The notes: generated by a model not told the origin, from the letters alone. A stretch of 64,000 nt of DNA from an uncultured virus (IMG/VR IMGVR_UViG_3300021400_000004) (IMGVR_UViG_3300021400_000004); one strand, 5' to 3'; positions 47,958 through 59,770 are shown, numbered from the stretch's first letter. Program-made: numbers and translations.

Positions 47958-50900
47958 ATGGCAACACATATTGATAATTCGCAAACTATGTCTGCAACTG
48001 ACATAAAAAATGCTTTAATCAATACTTTTAAACGAAGTGCTGAAAAGTCTGTAAATGAAGCAGCTTATGATAAGACTATTTTAGCAACAATACAGACTTG
48101 TACTGATGCTACTATTGGTCAGTATAAAATTAAATATCAAAATGGTTATTTTACTGCTTATGCACAAGATACTTCAGTAATTTATAATAACCAAGCTTCT
48201 GTTTATGTACAAGTTCCAAAAAATGACATGAATAATAAGATGTTTATTATTGGACTTGCGACGGATGATACTTCACAGAAAAGTTATATTAATAATCTTG
48301 AAGGCGATCAAATTTTTATGAAAGTTAGTCCTAACTTATTAACAGTTAATGATAATATAGATATGGCTAGCTATTGGAGCGCGCCAAATACATATATAAG
48401 AGTTCTTTATGATTCAAAGAAAAATTCTGGCAATCTAATATCTGTTAATACAAACGTATTAGAATATATGAAAAATAAAGGCGCTACTGCGATTCGTTTT
48501 GGAGCAGAGTTTAAAACTAATTTAATAGAAGAAAGAAAGACTGGAAATTATGGTATTAGATTAAGATTAAAATTTGCAAAACGTAATAGCAATAATGAAA
48601 TAACAGAAGAATATACAAAAGATTATGAACTTGATACTTTTAGAATGTCAGGTTCTCCTTTTAATTTTAATGTATATATACCTCAATATCAATATTGGGA
48701 CGTCCCTTTAGAAGATTTTGAAGGTGTTGAAACAATATATGAATTTATGACAGGGTTCCCACAAGGAACTATTCCAAGTGAAAGTTTTAGAGATATTTTT
48801 ATTAAAAATTTAACTTTGCATTCAGCAATTAAACTTTATAACACTAATAATGATAAATATAAAGTTGAAATAATCGCAGAGAGAGGTACAATTTTTGAAA
48901 CTGATGATAGTGCTAATACAAGTTTAAGTTTACTTGGTAATTTAAGAGTTGATGGTAACATTATACCAAATCCCGCATCTCAAGGACTTAAATGCTATTG
49001 GGGTAAAGAAGATGTATCTATTAATACTATAAAGAACCCTCGATATAATGAGCATTTAGGTAAAGGATGGTATTGTTTAAATACTGCTAATAAAAAGAAA
49101 AATGATGGTGAAACAGTAGAGCAATTAAAAAATCCTGATGTATATACATATCAGGCTGATGAAGTTATTCAGAATGCATCTGATATAAGTGGATGGAATA
49201 GTCAGTTCTTAATTAATTTATTAAAGAAAATGTGTCCAGGTAAAACTACTCGAATTAAATGTGTAATTGTCTATCAAAATGTCCCTTATGAACAGATTAT
49301 TGAAATAACTAATAAAGGTGGATACTATATAGTATTAAATACTACTGATAAAGCTACTAATTTTTATAATGGTGCTGGTTTTACTAATATTTTAGCTGGT
49401 CTATTTAGAGATAATAATGGTAGTTTGGATGTTTCAAAAACTCTTCAAGCACATTTTGTATGGAGTGAAATTGACGAAGTTGGATTAGAGAAAAGTCTAC
49501 CTTTAACTTCTGCGGAAGATATATTATTATCTTATCCTGAATGGGATGTCTCAAAGGATAATGAAACAAAAACTGATACTGAAGTTGAAAATTACTTAAA
49601 TACGCACCCTGAGGCAAGTTTATGTAGAGAAAGATATAATTATTATTTAGATAAATATAGTACATATTTAGCTGATGGCGAAGATATTGATACTTCTATT
49701 GAAATGCAAAGAAGTTTAAATAGAGAAGAAAATATTATTAATACTAAAATTAATAATATTGAACAAATGTATGTATCTAATAATAAAAATGATGCTGGAT
49801 ATTATATATTTGGACCAAGCGCTGTTACAGGTAGTTATATTAGCAGTAATGTTGCGGCTGGCGCACAAATAGATTCTTCAACTCAATATTTTTATGGTAC
49901 TACCCAATATAATACTTATAAAAATGTAAATAATACGTTGTATCATTTAAGAATTAAAAATATTGGTAATAGAGCAACTTATAAAGTAACTGCTTTTATT
50001 ACTGAGAATGGAATTACTCAAGCAATAGAAACAAGAGAGATAACGTTAGTAAATACCGCAGCTTCCATGAAATATAATCTTGAAATTGTCAATGGAGACC
50101 AAGTATTCATGTATAATGTGGCGGGGCTCGCGCCAACTATATCTTCAGGCTCTACTACTCCTATTGCTTTAAGACCTTTATATTTTAAACTTTATGGATC
50201 TGATGGAGGTTTATTATATGACAGTCAAGATCCAAATAATGAGTTATTTAAAACTAATATTACTGAATTATCTCCAAAATGGTCTTATAATACTAAATCT
50301 TTAATAAAAACAAGTTTTAGTGCAGATAATCCTATTTGTGAGATTGATTCTAATAATGGAAATATTTTAATTGTTAATGGACAAGCCTTATTCAAATATG
50401 ACATACAAGAGCAGTTTGATAATACAAAACGAGATAATAGTAATATACAACTTCAAGTTACATATAATAAAGAACAGATAATTGCTTCAACTCATTTTAC
50501 TTTTGCTAAACAAGGTGAGTTGGGAACTAATGGTACTGATATGTATCTTGATATAGACGATAATACATACGAACAGTATAGAAGTGACGTATTATCAAGG
50601 TCAGATTATTCAGAATTTAATAACACAAATGGAAATAATAATACAATAGATTATTTCTATCCTGATCAAAGACATTTGAAAAATACTTATTTATATGCAA
50701 CAAAAGGATATTCTGCTTCTCAAACTGAGGTTAATGATATTAACGAGGCTAGATATGTAAATTTAAAATTTGCAAACTCTGGAACAGTAGATGCATCTAC
50801 AGGAAAAATAAGTCTTCAAGGAAGTGATTCAGCTACTATTGTTGGATATTGGTATGAAGATGGAAATAGAGAAATTGTTAATGCCGATTCTGAATGGAGT

Positions 50901-53549
50901 ACTGAATTAGACTCTGGATGGATTAAAACTGATAATGATAATCAACAAGACGGTGTTGACACTAAGAAGAAAGTGTATATGACACCTTCTTTTACTTTAA
51001 CTCAAAGTAAAGGACAACAAACTACTTTAAAAATTACTTATTTAAACGATGATCCTCAATATGGATATAAACCAAGTTTAATATCTAATTATGTGGTTGA
51101 TAATGTAGAATACGAACATATTGCTAATAATGTAGTTAGAGTTAAATCTGAGAGAGAAGTAGCTTCTCAAATAGATCCGATAACTGGAAATCCAATTAAA
51201 AGAGTGAATTATGGATATTATACAATTCCTTTTTATTATTTTAATTATGGTTCAAATACTTCAGAGTTAATAGATCCAGCCCGTCATATTGTTATTACAG
51301 GAGGATATGATGAAGTTGTCTATGATAGTTCAGGTCTTAATCCTGAATATAATAAGCAAACTCCTTTTAAATTTTACTTATTTGATGAAAATGGTAAAGA
51401 TATAACTCAAGATGTTATTACAGCTGCAAAGAATGGTACTAGTGGAACAGTAATTGAATGGAAATGTTCTGGCGGTTTCCGCAAGCAGCAATATTCTCCA
51501 TCAGTTACAGCTTATAGTTCTTTTGGAGCTAATGAACAATTATATGGAAAATATTGTTCATATAATGGTTCTTATTATAAATGTAATACAAAGCATACTA
51601 AAGCAAAAAGTATTACACTTAATGGAAAGACATATGCGGCTGGCGCATTTGTAACACCATATTGGGATAAAGTTGATTATCCAAGTATGATATATCAACA
51701 ATGTAATTTTATTCCAAATTCAACTTATAATTCATTAGTTACAAGTAATTTATTTAATTCATGGATTGAATTAGATATTCATTATAAAGATAAAACTAAT
51801 AAAACATATATTGCTCAAGCTTTAATTCCAATAAATGTTATCTGTAATAAATATGGCTCTGAAGAAATTAATGGTTGGGACGGCAAAAAGACTAAAGTAG
51901 ATGATGCTTATATTATCTCTAACAAGGTCGCTGCAGGAGTTAAGAATAACGATAATACTTTTACAGGTGTTACTATTGGACAAAGCTTTTATGCAGAAAA
52001 TAGTACAAAAAAATCAGAAATAGGTATTTTTGGTTATGGTCATACTGATTGTGATGTAAATAATCCTAATTCATGGGCAAGAACTTTATTCATAGATGCT
52101 AATACTGGTTTAGGTATATTTGGACCAAGCGGCGGCGCGCAAATAGTCTTAAACCCGCGTGTTTCAGATAATCAGGAACAATGGTCTCGATTAGCTGGAT
52201 GGTATATGAGTCCAAATTATTTTTATAAGCCTATTGGAGAAGGAGATGACTTTAATCCTCCAAGTTTTAATGATTTGGCTCAAGGACGGAATTTCAGACC
52301 TTCTCAAACCAATAAAGGCTCTGCTGGTATGTATGTACCATATAAAGGACAAGCTAATGATGATGATACTTTTATATGGGCAAGTAATACTAATATTACT
52401 TATCAGAACCCTCAAAACGCAAAATTTAGAGTAACTTATGGTGGTAAATTATATGCACAAAATGCTGATATAACTGGTACAGTAAGAGCTAATTCAGGAT
52501 TCTTTGGTAATAATTCAACTGGAATAAAAATTAATTATACAGATACAAATAATGATAATTATATTCTATGGAATAAGAATTTTTGGGTTAAGAACATTCA
52601 AGGTCAACATAATGAAGACATAGCTGTATATGTGGATGGTAGAATCATGGCACGTTCTGGTCAATTTGGTCAGGTAGGTGAAGATAAAGATGGTACTTCA
52701 AGCAATACAGTATTTATTGAATATGCTTGGTATCCTTGGCATCTACCAGCAGATGACGAACCTTGGGATAGTGATCATATGTATCTTGATACTTCTCAAG
52801 GTAAAACAAAAACTTATGCTTTATATCATAAGAATTTTTATATAGATAATACAGGAGATGTGTTTTTCAATGGTAAAATATTTACTGAGACAGGACGTAT
52901 CGGTAACTGGGTTATTACAAGAAGTAAACTTAAATCTGTTGACGGAGGAGTTGAGGTTGGCCCATCTCAAATTAAACTTGGTGCCTTTACCGCAACTGCC
53001 GCAGGTCGATTAGAGGGGCCAAACTGGTACATTACTCCTGATGGAGTAGCAAGTTTTACAAGTCCTCAAAATGTCTTCACCGCAAAAGAACTTAATATTA
53101 CTCAAGGAATATTAAGAATACCAACAGGTAGTAGATTATATATTGGTGATGGTAATGATAATTATTTATATGCGGATGGTGTTAATGGATCTTTCCATGG
53201 ACCAAAGTTTAGTTTTAGTGACACAGTAGAAGTTACAAATACATTACAATTTGGTGCAGCTCAAGGTAATTATGGAGCTATGGCATTAAGTAAAGACAGC
53301 GGTCTCAGAATGGATTATCAAGGAGATCAATATTATTTCTCGTTAGGTGGAAATATATATTGCAGTACTTTAGAAGTAAAAACAGGTGGAAGAGTGACTG
53401 TAGAAGGAATGTCATTAGATACCTATATTCAACAAATAATTTATAATAATTTAAGTTCTTTAGGAATTGTAACCAAAAGTGATTTACATAGTTATAATGT
53501 TTCTGAAACTGGATTAGTTCAAAATACAAGGGTTGTTTATGGACCTTAA
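47958..53549 (+). CDS. Large tail-tip / host-specificity protein
   Basis: 1863 aa, beta-rich, after the tape measure; ADITGTVRANSG-type repeats. Confidence 0.6.
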   Translation: MATHIDNSQTMSATDIKNALINTFKRSAEKSVNEAAYDKTILATIQTCTDATIGQYKIKYQNGYFTAYAQDTSVIYNNQASVYVQVPKNDMNNKMFIIGLATDDTSQKSYINNLEGDQIFMKVSPNLLTVNDNIDMASYWSAPNTYIRVLYDSKKNSGNLISVNTNVLEYMKNKGATAIRFGAEFKTNLIEERKTGNYGIRLRLKFAKRNSNNEITEEYTKDYELDTFRMSGSPFNFNVYIPQYQYWDVPLEDFEGVETIYEFMTGFPQGTIPSESFRDIFIKNLTLHSAIKLYNTNNDKYKVEIIAERGTIFETDDSANTSLSLLGNLRVDGNIIPNPASQGLKCYWGKEDVSINTIKNPRYNEHLGKGWYCLNTANKKKNDGETVEQLKNPDVYTYQADEVIQNASDISGWNSQFLINLLKKMCPGKTTRIKCVIVYQNVPYEQIIEITNKGGYYIVLNTTDKATNFYNGAGFTNILAGLFRDNNGSLDVSKTLQAHFVWSEIDEVGLEKSLPLTSAEDILLSYPEWDVSKDNETKTDTEVENYLNTHPEASLCRERYNYYLDKYSTYLADGEDIDTSIEMQRSLNREENIINTKINNIEQMYVSNNKNDAGYYIFGPSAVTGSYISSNVAAGAQIDSSTQYFYGTTQYNTYKNVNNTLYHLRIKNIGNRATYKVTAFITENGITQAIETREITLVNTAASMKYNLEIVNGDQVFMYNVAGLAPTISSGSTTPIALRPLYFKLYGSDGGLLYDSQDPNNELFKTNITELSPKWSYNTKSLIKTSFSADNPICEIDSNNGNILIVNGQALFKYDIQEQFDNTKRDNSNIQLQVTYNKEQIIASTHFTFAKQGELGTNGTDMYLDIDDNTYEQYRSDVLSRSDYSEFNNTNGNNNTIDYFYPDQRHLKNTYLYATKGYSASQTEVNDINEARYVNLKFANSGTVDASTGKISLQGSDSATIVGYWYEDGNREIVNADSEWSTELDSGWIKTDNDNQQDGVDTKKKVYMTPSFTLTQSKGQQTTLKITYLNDDPQYGYKPSLISNYVVDNVEYEHIANNVVRVKSEREVASQIDPITGNPIKRVNYGYYTIPFYYFNYGSNTSELIDPARHIVITGGYDEVVYDSSGLNPEYNKQTPFKFYLFDENGKDITQDVITAAKNGTSGTVIEWKCSGGFRKQQYSPSVTAYSSFGANEQLYGKYCSYNGSYYKCNTKHTKAKSITLNGKTYAAGAFVTPYWDKVDYPSMIYQQCNFIPNSTYNSLVTSNLFNSWIELDIHYKDKTNKTYIAQALIPINVICNKYGSEEINGWDGKKTKVDDAYIISNKVAAGVKNNDNTFTGVTIGQSFYAENSTKKSEIGIFGYGHTDCDVNNPNSWARTLFIDANTGLGIFGPSGGAQIVLNPRVSDNQEQWSRLAGWYMSPNYFYKPIGEGDDFNPPSFNDLAQGRNFRPSQTNKGSAGMYVPYKGQANDDDTFIWASNTNITYQNPQNAKFRVTYGGKLYAQNADITGTVRANSGFFGNNSTGIKINYTDTNNDNYILWNKNFWVKNIQGQHNEDIAVYVDGRIMARSGQFGQVGEDKDGTSSNTVFIEYAWYPWHLPADDEPWDSDHMYLDTSQGKTKTYALYHKNFYIDNTGDVFFNGKIFTETGRIGNWVITRSKLKSVDGGVEVGPSQIKLGAFTATAAGRLEGPNWYITPDGVASFTSPQNVFTAKELNITQGILRIPTGSRLYIGDGNDNYLYADGVNGSFHGPKFSFSDTVEVTNTLQFGAAQGNYGAMALSKDSGLRMDYQGDQYYFSLGGNIYCSTLEVKTGGRVTVEGMSLDTYIQQIIYNNLSSLGIVTKSDLHSYNVSETGLVQNTRVVYGP

Positions 53550-53579
53550 AGACAAAAGAGATAAAAGGAGATAATAAAA

Positions 53580-53819
53580 ATGAATCAAGATATTAATTTA
53601 GTTATTGAAAATTTTAAAAATAGTATAATTTCACAAATAAACAATTCCGGTTTACCAGCCGGAGTTGTTTATTATGTTATAAAAGATGTATTTCAGAATA
53701 CTGAAACTTCTTATTATAATTATATTGGTCAATTAAGGCGGGAAGCTGAGCTTCATGACGCCTCAAAACAAGCAGTCCCGCAAGAAAATGTTATAGAGGA
53801 CGAAACAGATAAATCTTAA
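53580..53819 (+). CDS. Small hypothetical protein
   Basis: 79 aa, AAGGAG RBS. Confidence 0.6.
   Translation: MNQDINLVIENFKNSIISQINNSGLPAGVVYYVIKDVFQNTETSYYNYIGQLRREAELHDASKQAVPQENVIEDETDKS
53738..53781 (-). repeat. Dispersed 44-bp site, copy 3 (inside a CDS)
   Basis: Reverse complement is GCGGGA-N8-TTTGAGGCGTCATGA-N9-TCCCGC, the same geometry as copy 1. Confidence 0.7.
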
Positions 53820-53872
53820 TATAAACTTTTTTAAACTATAATATAGGATTTTAAAGTAGGAGGACTTAACCT

Positions 53873-54334
53873 ATGTTAGAGTTATTATCAAGTTTCTCTA
53901 TTGCTCAAATACTTATTTTTACAGTTTTGTTAGCAATAGCTTTTAAAAAAGTCTCTGATTTTATGGATTGGCTTCAATTAAAAATTTCTAAAAAAAATAA
54001 AACTAAACAATCAGAAGAAGAGTGGAAAACAGAAGTAAAAAATCAAATGAATGATTTCAAAGCTTCTTTAACAAAAATAGACGAATCAGTCACTAAAGTA
54101 ACTGACAAAGTAAATGTTTTAATGGATTCAGATAAAGATGACATAAAAGCTTTTATAACTCAGCAGCATCATTTTTTTGTTTATCAAAAGAAATGGATAG
54201 ATGATTATAGTCTTGATTGTTTAGAACATAGATTTCTTCATTATAAAGAAGAAAATGGAAACAGCTTTATTGAACAATTAATGAATGAAATTAGAGCTTT
54301 ACCAAAGCAACCAACAAATGGGGAGTCAGAGTAA
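53873..54334 (+). CDS. Holin-like membrane protein
   Basis: Single N-terminal TM helix plus coiled coil, in the late region. Confidence 0.4.
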   Translation: MLELLSSFSIAQILIFTVLLAIAFKKVSDFMDWLQLKISKKNKTKQSEEEWKTEVKNQMNDFKASLTKIDESVTKVTDKVNVLMDSDKDDIKAFITQQHHFFVYQKKWIDDYSLDCLEHRFLHYKEENGNSFIEQLMNEIRALPKQPTNGESE

Positions 54335-54380
54335 TCTGTACTCCCCGTAAAATTATATAGAGATAAAAGGAGGTTTAAGT

Positions 54381-56081
54381 ATGAGTAGCGTTGCAGAAAG
54401 TGGATTATTTCCACCTATTATAAATGCTTATATACCTGCTTTAAACATAAAAGAGGTATGGGATCAAGGCTATTTACCTGTTACTTTTAATTTATCTGAG
54501 TATAATACTTTATCAGATATAATAAGCTATCATATTTCTATTACTAGACAGAGTAATTATCATTCTCTATTAAACAGTCAAAATTATCCATTAGGAATTT
54601 ATGGTCATAATTTTAGTCCTGCTTTAACTGATAATAGTCCTTTAGAGCAGACCATTAATATTCCCATTTCAATTTTAAATCAAAATGAATTATCTTATAA
54701 TGAATATTATAAATTCCAAATAAGGTTATCAAAAATTTCAATAGATAGTTCTTTAACTGGAGCTAACTTATCTAAATACTTAAATGATAACTTAGAGTCT
54801 TTTTCAGAATGGTCAACAGTTTGTTTAATTAGATTTATCTCTCCAGCGACTTTTAATTTAAGCGGCGGCGGAATTACAAGTTTTACAAGTTCTATTAATA
54901 CTATTCATCAAACTTCATTAATTATTAATGGAGAGTATATAAAGACAAAATCAATAGCAAATCCAATTCCCGCATTAATGAAGAATGGAACTCAAGATAA
55001 TGAATACTTATCTTCATATAAGATTCAAATTTTAAATGATTCAAAAGAAGAAGTCTTATTTGATAGCGGAGAGCAATCATTAAATATACATAACCCTAAT
55101 CATTTTAGTTATAGGATACCTTATTATTTTGAAAATGGATTTGATGGTTATTTAAGATTATCCTACATTACTGCAAATTTATATGAAAATCAAATAGATT
55201 ATAGATTACAAGCAACTTACTCAAGAGATTCTTGGGCTAGTCAAAGTGATATTATAGAAATAACTTCAATAGATTCTGTAATAGGTAAAGTAAATATATC
55301 GTTTGAACCTGGAGAAGATATAGATGCGGTTCCCGCGAGTACAATCACAATACGAAGAGCTTCGGATGAAGATAATTTTACTGTTTGGGATACTATATGG
55401 ATAAAAACTTTAAAAGAAAATGAACTTACTACTTCATTAAGCTATGATGATTTCACTATTGAAAGTGGTGTTTTATATAAATATGAAATTACTTATACAA
55501 AAAATAATACTTCTTATTTTATTGTAGAAGGTCCAATTATATCAGTTTTTGATTATTCTTTTTTAACAGGCGAAGGAACTCAACTGTGTATTAAATTTAA
55601 TCCAAATGTTAGTTCTTTTAAAAGAAATGTTTCAGATAATATAGTTACAACAATAGGAAGTCAATTTCCTTTCATTACAAGAAATGGTAGTATGAATTAT
55701 AGAACTTTCTCTTTAAGTGGTACTATTGCATATGAAATGGATGCACGACATCAATTTGCAAGTCGTAGTACAATATATGGTGATTGGATTAATGTTTATG
55801 GTTCTTATTTTGTAAATAGATATATAAATCAATCTAACGACCGCATAACTCAACGGAAATTTAGAGAAATAGTAATGGATTATTTATACAACGATATTCC
55901 AAAATTGTTTAGATCTACTCCAGAGGGAAATATTTTAGTTAGAATTACTGATGTGAATTTAACTCCTAAACAAGAATTAAGTAGAATGATTTACGATTTC
56001 TCTTGTACTGCTACTGAAATTGGAGAACCTACAATAGAGAATATGAAAATGTATAAAGTACAAGATTTTGGAGAAGCTTAA
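54381..56081 (+). CDS. Tail / baseplate protein
   Basis: 566 aa beta-rich; position. Confidence 0.5.
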   Translation: MSSVAESGLFPPIINAYIPALNIKEVWDQGYLPVTFNLSEYNTLSDIISYHISITRQSNYHSLLNSQNYPLGIYGHNFSPALTDNSPLEQTINIPISILNQNELSYNEYYKFQIRLSKISIDSSLTGANLSKYLNDNLESFSEWSTVCLIRFISPATFNLSGGGITSFTSSINTIHQTSLIINGEYIKTKSIANPIPALMKNGTQDNEYLSSYKIQILNDSKEEVLFDSGEQSLNIHNPNHFSYRIPYYFENGFDGYLRLSYITANLYENQIDYRLQATYSRDSWASQSDIIEITSIDSVIGKVNISFEPGEDIDAVPASTITIRRASDEDNFTVWDTIWIKTLKENELTTSLSYDDFTIESGVLYKYEITYTKNNTSYFIVEGPIISVFDYSFLTGEGTQLCIKFNPNVSSFKRNVSDNIVTTIGSQFPFITRNGSMNYRTFSLSGTIAYEMDARHQFASRSTIYGDWINVYGSYFVNRYINQSNDRITQRKFREIVMDYLYNDIPKLFRSTPEGNILVRITDVNLTPKQELSRMIYDFSCTATEIGEPTIENMKMYKVQDFGEA

Positions 56082-56097
56082 GAGAGGAGGTAATTTT

Positions 56098-58314
56098 ATG
56101 ATTAAAAAATATCCTTATTTAAAAGATATTTCATTTCTTAATAAAATATATGGATTACATAATAAAACAGTTCATGTATTGATTACCTCTTTAGACTGGC
56201 AAGAGAGAAAACTTCAAGAAATTCAAGGTCGAGTAATTTCATCTTCAATTTCTGTAAATGGAGATTCTGCGGTTAGGCGAACCGCAAACTTATCTATAAA
56301 AATATTAGATAATACTGAATTGTATAATAATATAGATAGTTTATTTTCTATTAATAAGAAGATTTATCTTGAGACTGGACTTCAAAATAGTTATGCTCAT
56401 TTAGGAGAATATTCTGATTATCCTATTATATGGTTTCCTTTTGGAGTATATATTATTCAAAATTATTCAATTAATCATGATCCTTCAGGGATTACCATTA
56501 ATTTAAGCCTTGGGGATAAAATGTGCTTATTAAACGGAGATGCTGGTGGAACTATTCCCGCGTCAGTTAATTTTGAGTCTATTGATGTATTGGGACCTGA
56601 TGGTGATTTACATACTGAATGGCAAAGAATTAATTCTATTATACCTGAAATGGTTCATCATTTTGGTGGTGAAAATATTGAAAAAATAATAGTTAATGAT
56701 ATAGATGATAAAATAAAACAACCTTTAAAGTGGAGAGGAAGCAACCCTCTTTATTTATGGGACAATAATAATATTTCTAATAGAAATATTTTTTATACCA
56801 CTATTGATACAACATCAATTCCAAATTATACTAAGAAAAAAATAATTTATAATTATGATGCAGGATATACTTATACTGATTTTGTATATCCTGGTGAATT
56901 AGTTGCGGGAGCTGGAGATACCGTGTGTACAGTTCTTGATAAAATTAAAAATACTTTAGGCAATTATGAATATTATTATGATGTTTTTGGTAATTTTATA
57001 TTTCAAGAGATTAAAAACTATATAAATGTTTCTGAGTGGAGAACCGCCTGGCAAGATTTTACAGAAGATCCATTAAGTTATTTACCTTATGTTTATAATA
57101 CAAGATTAAATACTGCTGTATATAGATTTGATAATTCTGATTTTATTATAAGTTATAGTAACGCCCCGCAATTCAATATGATTAAAAATGATTTTGTTGT
57201 ATGGGGAAAGAGAAAAAATGACGCTGGACTTGAATTACCTTGTCGTTATCATTTAGTAATTGATAAAAGACCTCAATTAGATGAAGATTTATTATTACAT
57301 CAATTATGTTTTGATATAAGTGTTGATGACCATATTAAAAGAGCTAACTTTATATCAAATAAATTTACAGAATTAGCTCAGTTAATAGAATATAAACCAC
57401 AGGGAGAAGTTGGAAAATACTATTATATCAGTAGTGAAAATGCAATTTATACATGGATTAATGATATAGATAATTATTATATGTTATTAAATAACTATTT
57501 AGCTACAAATGAAAATATTGAATCTTCAGGAACTAATTATCAAAGAAACCCAGACGAACCTAATAATGGATATATTAAAATGCCATTAGCAACATACTAT
57601 GAAAATTTTACTGTTAGTAAGAATACTGATTGGAGAAATATTTTATATTATAGAGGATTACAAGATTGGTTAAGAGGTTTAACTGATAATAATCGTACTA
57701 ATGCGGAAGCTGGATATTATTGGGCTGAAATGTGCAATGAATGGCCTAAGTTATATGATGTAGAAAACGATCATTGGATTGAAGGTGTTTTAGAAGCTCC
57801 ATCTTCTTTTGATTGGTGGATAGATTTTATAGATAATGAGCCTGAGCTTAATAAATTTTCAGTAGATGCTATTGGAAGAAGAAGCTATTCTACAACAGAT
57901 GAAACTTGTAACTGCGTTTTTGAACCTGATATTCCTGATGTTATTATAGTGAATGTTGGAGACGAAGAAGGCGTTGTTGATTCACGAAGTGGGTTAACTC
58001 AAGCTAGGTTTAAAGAATTGGGGTTATATCCTACACAAGTATCTGAACCGATTTATGATTCATTAAGCGCAGGAGGTACTTTTAATTCATGTTATCAGCA
58101 TGTAAGACAGCTATTAACAAATTATACAAACTATAATGAAAATATTAATGTCACTTGTTTACCAATTTATCATTTAGAGCCTAATACAAGGGTATTCTTT
58201 AATGATCCTGAATCTGGTATCTATGGTGATTATATTATAAACTCTATTTCTTTTAACTTAGGAAATACAGGAACTATGAGTATTTCTGCAAGAAAAGTTA
58301 TAGAAAAAATTTAA
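56098..58314 (+). CDS. Tail / baseplate hub-like protein
   Basis: AGGAGG RBS before MIKKYPYL; last gene of the virion module. Confidence 0.5.
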   Translation: MIKKYPYLKDISFLNKIYGLHNKTVHVLITSLDWQERKLQEIQGRVISSSISVNGDSAVRRTANLSIKILDNTELYNNIDSLFSINKKIYLETGLQNSYAHLGEYSDYPIIWFPFGVYIIQNYSINHDPSGITINLSLGDKMCLLNGDAGGTIPASVNFESIDVLGPDGDLHTEWQRINSIIPEMVHHFGGENIEKIIVNDIDDKIKQPLKWRGSNPLYLWDNNNISNRNIFYTTIDTTSIPNYTKKKIIYNYDAGYTYTDFVYPGELVAGAGDTVCTVLDKIKNTLGNYEYYYDVFGNFIFQEIKNYINVSEWRTAWQDFTEDPLSYLPYVYNTRLNTAVYRFDNSDFIISYSNAPQFNMIKNDFVVWGKRKNDAGLELPCRYHLVIDKRPQLDEDLLLHQLCFDISVDDHIKRANFISNKFTELAQLIEYKPQGEVGKYYYISSENAIYTWINDIDNYYMLLNNYLATNENIESSGTNYQRNPDEPNNGYIKMPLATYYENFTVSKNTDWRNILYYRGLQDWLRGLTDNNRTNAEAGYYWAEMCNEWPKLYDVENDHWIEGVLEAPSSFDWWIDFIDNEPELNKFSVDAIGRRSYSTTDETCNCVFEPDIPDVIIVNVGDEEGVVDSRSGLTQARFKELGLYPTQVSEPIYDSLSAGGTFNSCYQHVRQLLTNYTNYNENINVTCLPIYHLEPNTRVFFNDPESGIYGDYIINSISFNLGNTGTMSISARKVIEKI

Positions 58315-58341
58315 GGGAGTGCTTTATTATAAGCACTCCCT
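58314..58341. terminator. Terminator between convergent modules
   Basis: AGGGAGTGCTT/AAGCACTCCCT. Confidence 0.7.
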
Positions 58342-58347
58342 ATTTTT

Positions 58348-58866
58348 TTATTCCCAATTAAAAGCTTGAGGTTCAGGTTCTGTATGTGTTTTTGCCCATC
58401 CTATACATATGGCATCCGCAATATCATCATTTACTATAATATTAAATTTATCTTTTACAAATTCAACGTCACGAATTTTTAAGATTTTTCTATCGGCATT
58501 GCCTTGCTTTATTCCACATCTCTTTCTCCAAGAGCTAGCTCCAATTAATTCCGGTTCTATATTAAAATTATGAAACATTAATAGTAATGCGGCTTGCAAA
58601 TACATTAAAGGTTTAAAAGTATTTTTATTCCTAATCCATTGCTCATTATCTCCAAGATTGTCAGGTAAGACATCTTCTATAATAACTTCACATGGTAGCG
58701 GAATATTAATATATATTTTTTGTATCTCATCAACCATATACTTAATACGTTCTAATACATTTTTTGAATTATTTATAATACATTTATATTCTTTTAATTC
58801 TTTACCTTCATATATCGCTATTCCAGTGCTCTTTGTAGAAGCATCAATAGCTAAAGTTACATTCAT
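58348..58866 (-). CDS. RuvC-like Holliday junction resolvase
   Basis: LAIDASTKSTG, VIIED, SSWRK, DDIADAICIG. Confidence 0.75.
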   Translation of the reverse strand: MNVTLAIDASTKSTGIAIYEGKELKEYKCIINNSKNVLERIKYMVDEIQKIYINIPLPCEVIIEDVLPDNLGDNEQWIRNKNTFKPLMYLQAALLLMFHNFNIEPELIGASSWRKRCGIKQGNADRKILKIRDVEFVKDKFNIIVNDDIADAICIGWAKTHTEPEPQAFNWE

Positions 58867-59061
58867 TAAAAACACCTCCTATATTATCTTCAGTATATCA
58901 AAATTTTTATTTTTTGTCAAGCGCGCTTGGTGCTAAAATTTAGTCAACGATTTTTTAAAAATAATGAATAAATTATCGTTTTTTCTATTTCTGCTTTAAA
59001 AGTTAATTAATAATTAACAGTACAAAAAATAAAATGGCTGACAAAAGTCAGCCATTTTTTA

Positions 59062-59526
59062 TTAATTAATTCCGGTAGAACCAAAACCGCCCTCACCACG
59101 AGATGTATTATCTAATTCTTCAACTTCTTCAAACTCATAAGGAGTAAATTCATGTACTACTAACTGAGCTATTCTATCACCTTGATGAATCATTTGTGTG
59201 TATCCACTCTGATTATAAAGTGCCACAATAAGCGGTCCCCGGTAATCTGAATCAATTACCCCTACTTTATTAGCTGGCGCTAACCCCTGCTTAATACTAA
59301 GTCCAGATCTTGCATAAACGCCACCCCACGTATTTTCAGGCAGGGCAACCGCAATCCCAGTATTTATTTTTACAGTTTCATTAGGTAAGATCATTAAAGT
59401 CCAATCTTTACTGCTTTTAAAATCACCAAAATTATCTGCATATAAATCAAATCCCGCAGCATATTCACTACCTTTTGTAGGTATTTTTGCAGTTTCTGTT
59501 AATCTCTTAATCTTAATAGTTTCCAT
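59062..59526 (-). CDS. dut: dUTPase (trimeric)
   Basis: AGFDL, ARSGL, GVIDSDYRG, GDRIAQLV, RGEGGFGSTG. Confidence 0.95.
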   Translation of the reverse strand: METIKIKRLTETAKIPTKGSEYAAGFDLYADNFGDFKSSKDWTLMILPNETVKINTGIAVALPENTWGGVYARSGLSIKQGLAPANKVGVIDSDYRGPLIVALYNQSGYTQMIHQGDRIAQLVVHEFTPYEFEEVEELDNTSRGEGGFGSTGIN

Positions 59527-59528
59527 TT

Positions 59529-59768
59529 TTACTCTCCATAAGTGATAGTTGCTGTTGCATCAGGCTCTTTTTCATCACAAAATTGCTTAGTTAAACTTAC
59601 TTTATACCAAGCATCAATAACTTCACCTTGCTTTTTTCTTTCTTTATATTGAGAAGTATGTTTTACTAAAGTAAAACGATTATCTTTTTTTGCTTCATCA
59701 ATCATTTCAAGAACTTGATCCTCACTATCGACTCTATAAGTTTCAGTTACTTGAGTAAGATATTTCAT
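59529..59768 (-). CDS. Hypothetical protein
   Basis: 79 aa in operon. Confidence 0.6.
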   Translation of the reverse strand: MKYLTQVTETYRVDSEDQVLEMIDEAKKDNRFTLVKHTSQYKERKKQGEVIDAWYKVSLTKQFCDEKEPDATATITYGE

Positions 59769-59770
59769 AA

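Noticed and set aside
21542..58314. Stop-codon reassignment
   Set aside because: Long genes are intact under the standard bacterial code, and the breaks in terL and nrdD are explained by introns.
47958..58314. Diversity-generating retroelement targeting tail genes
   Set aside because: No reverse transcriptase or TR/VR repeat pair was seen in this window.
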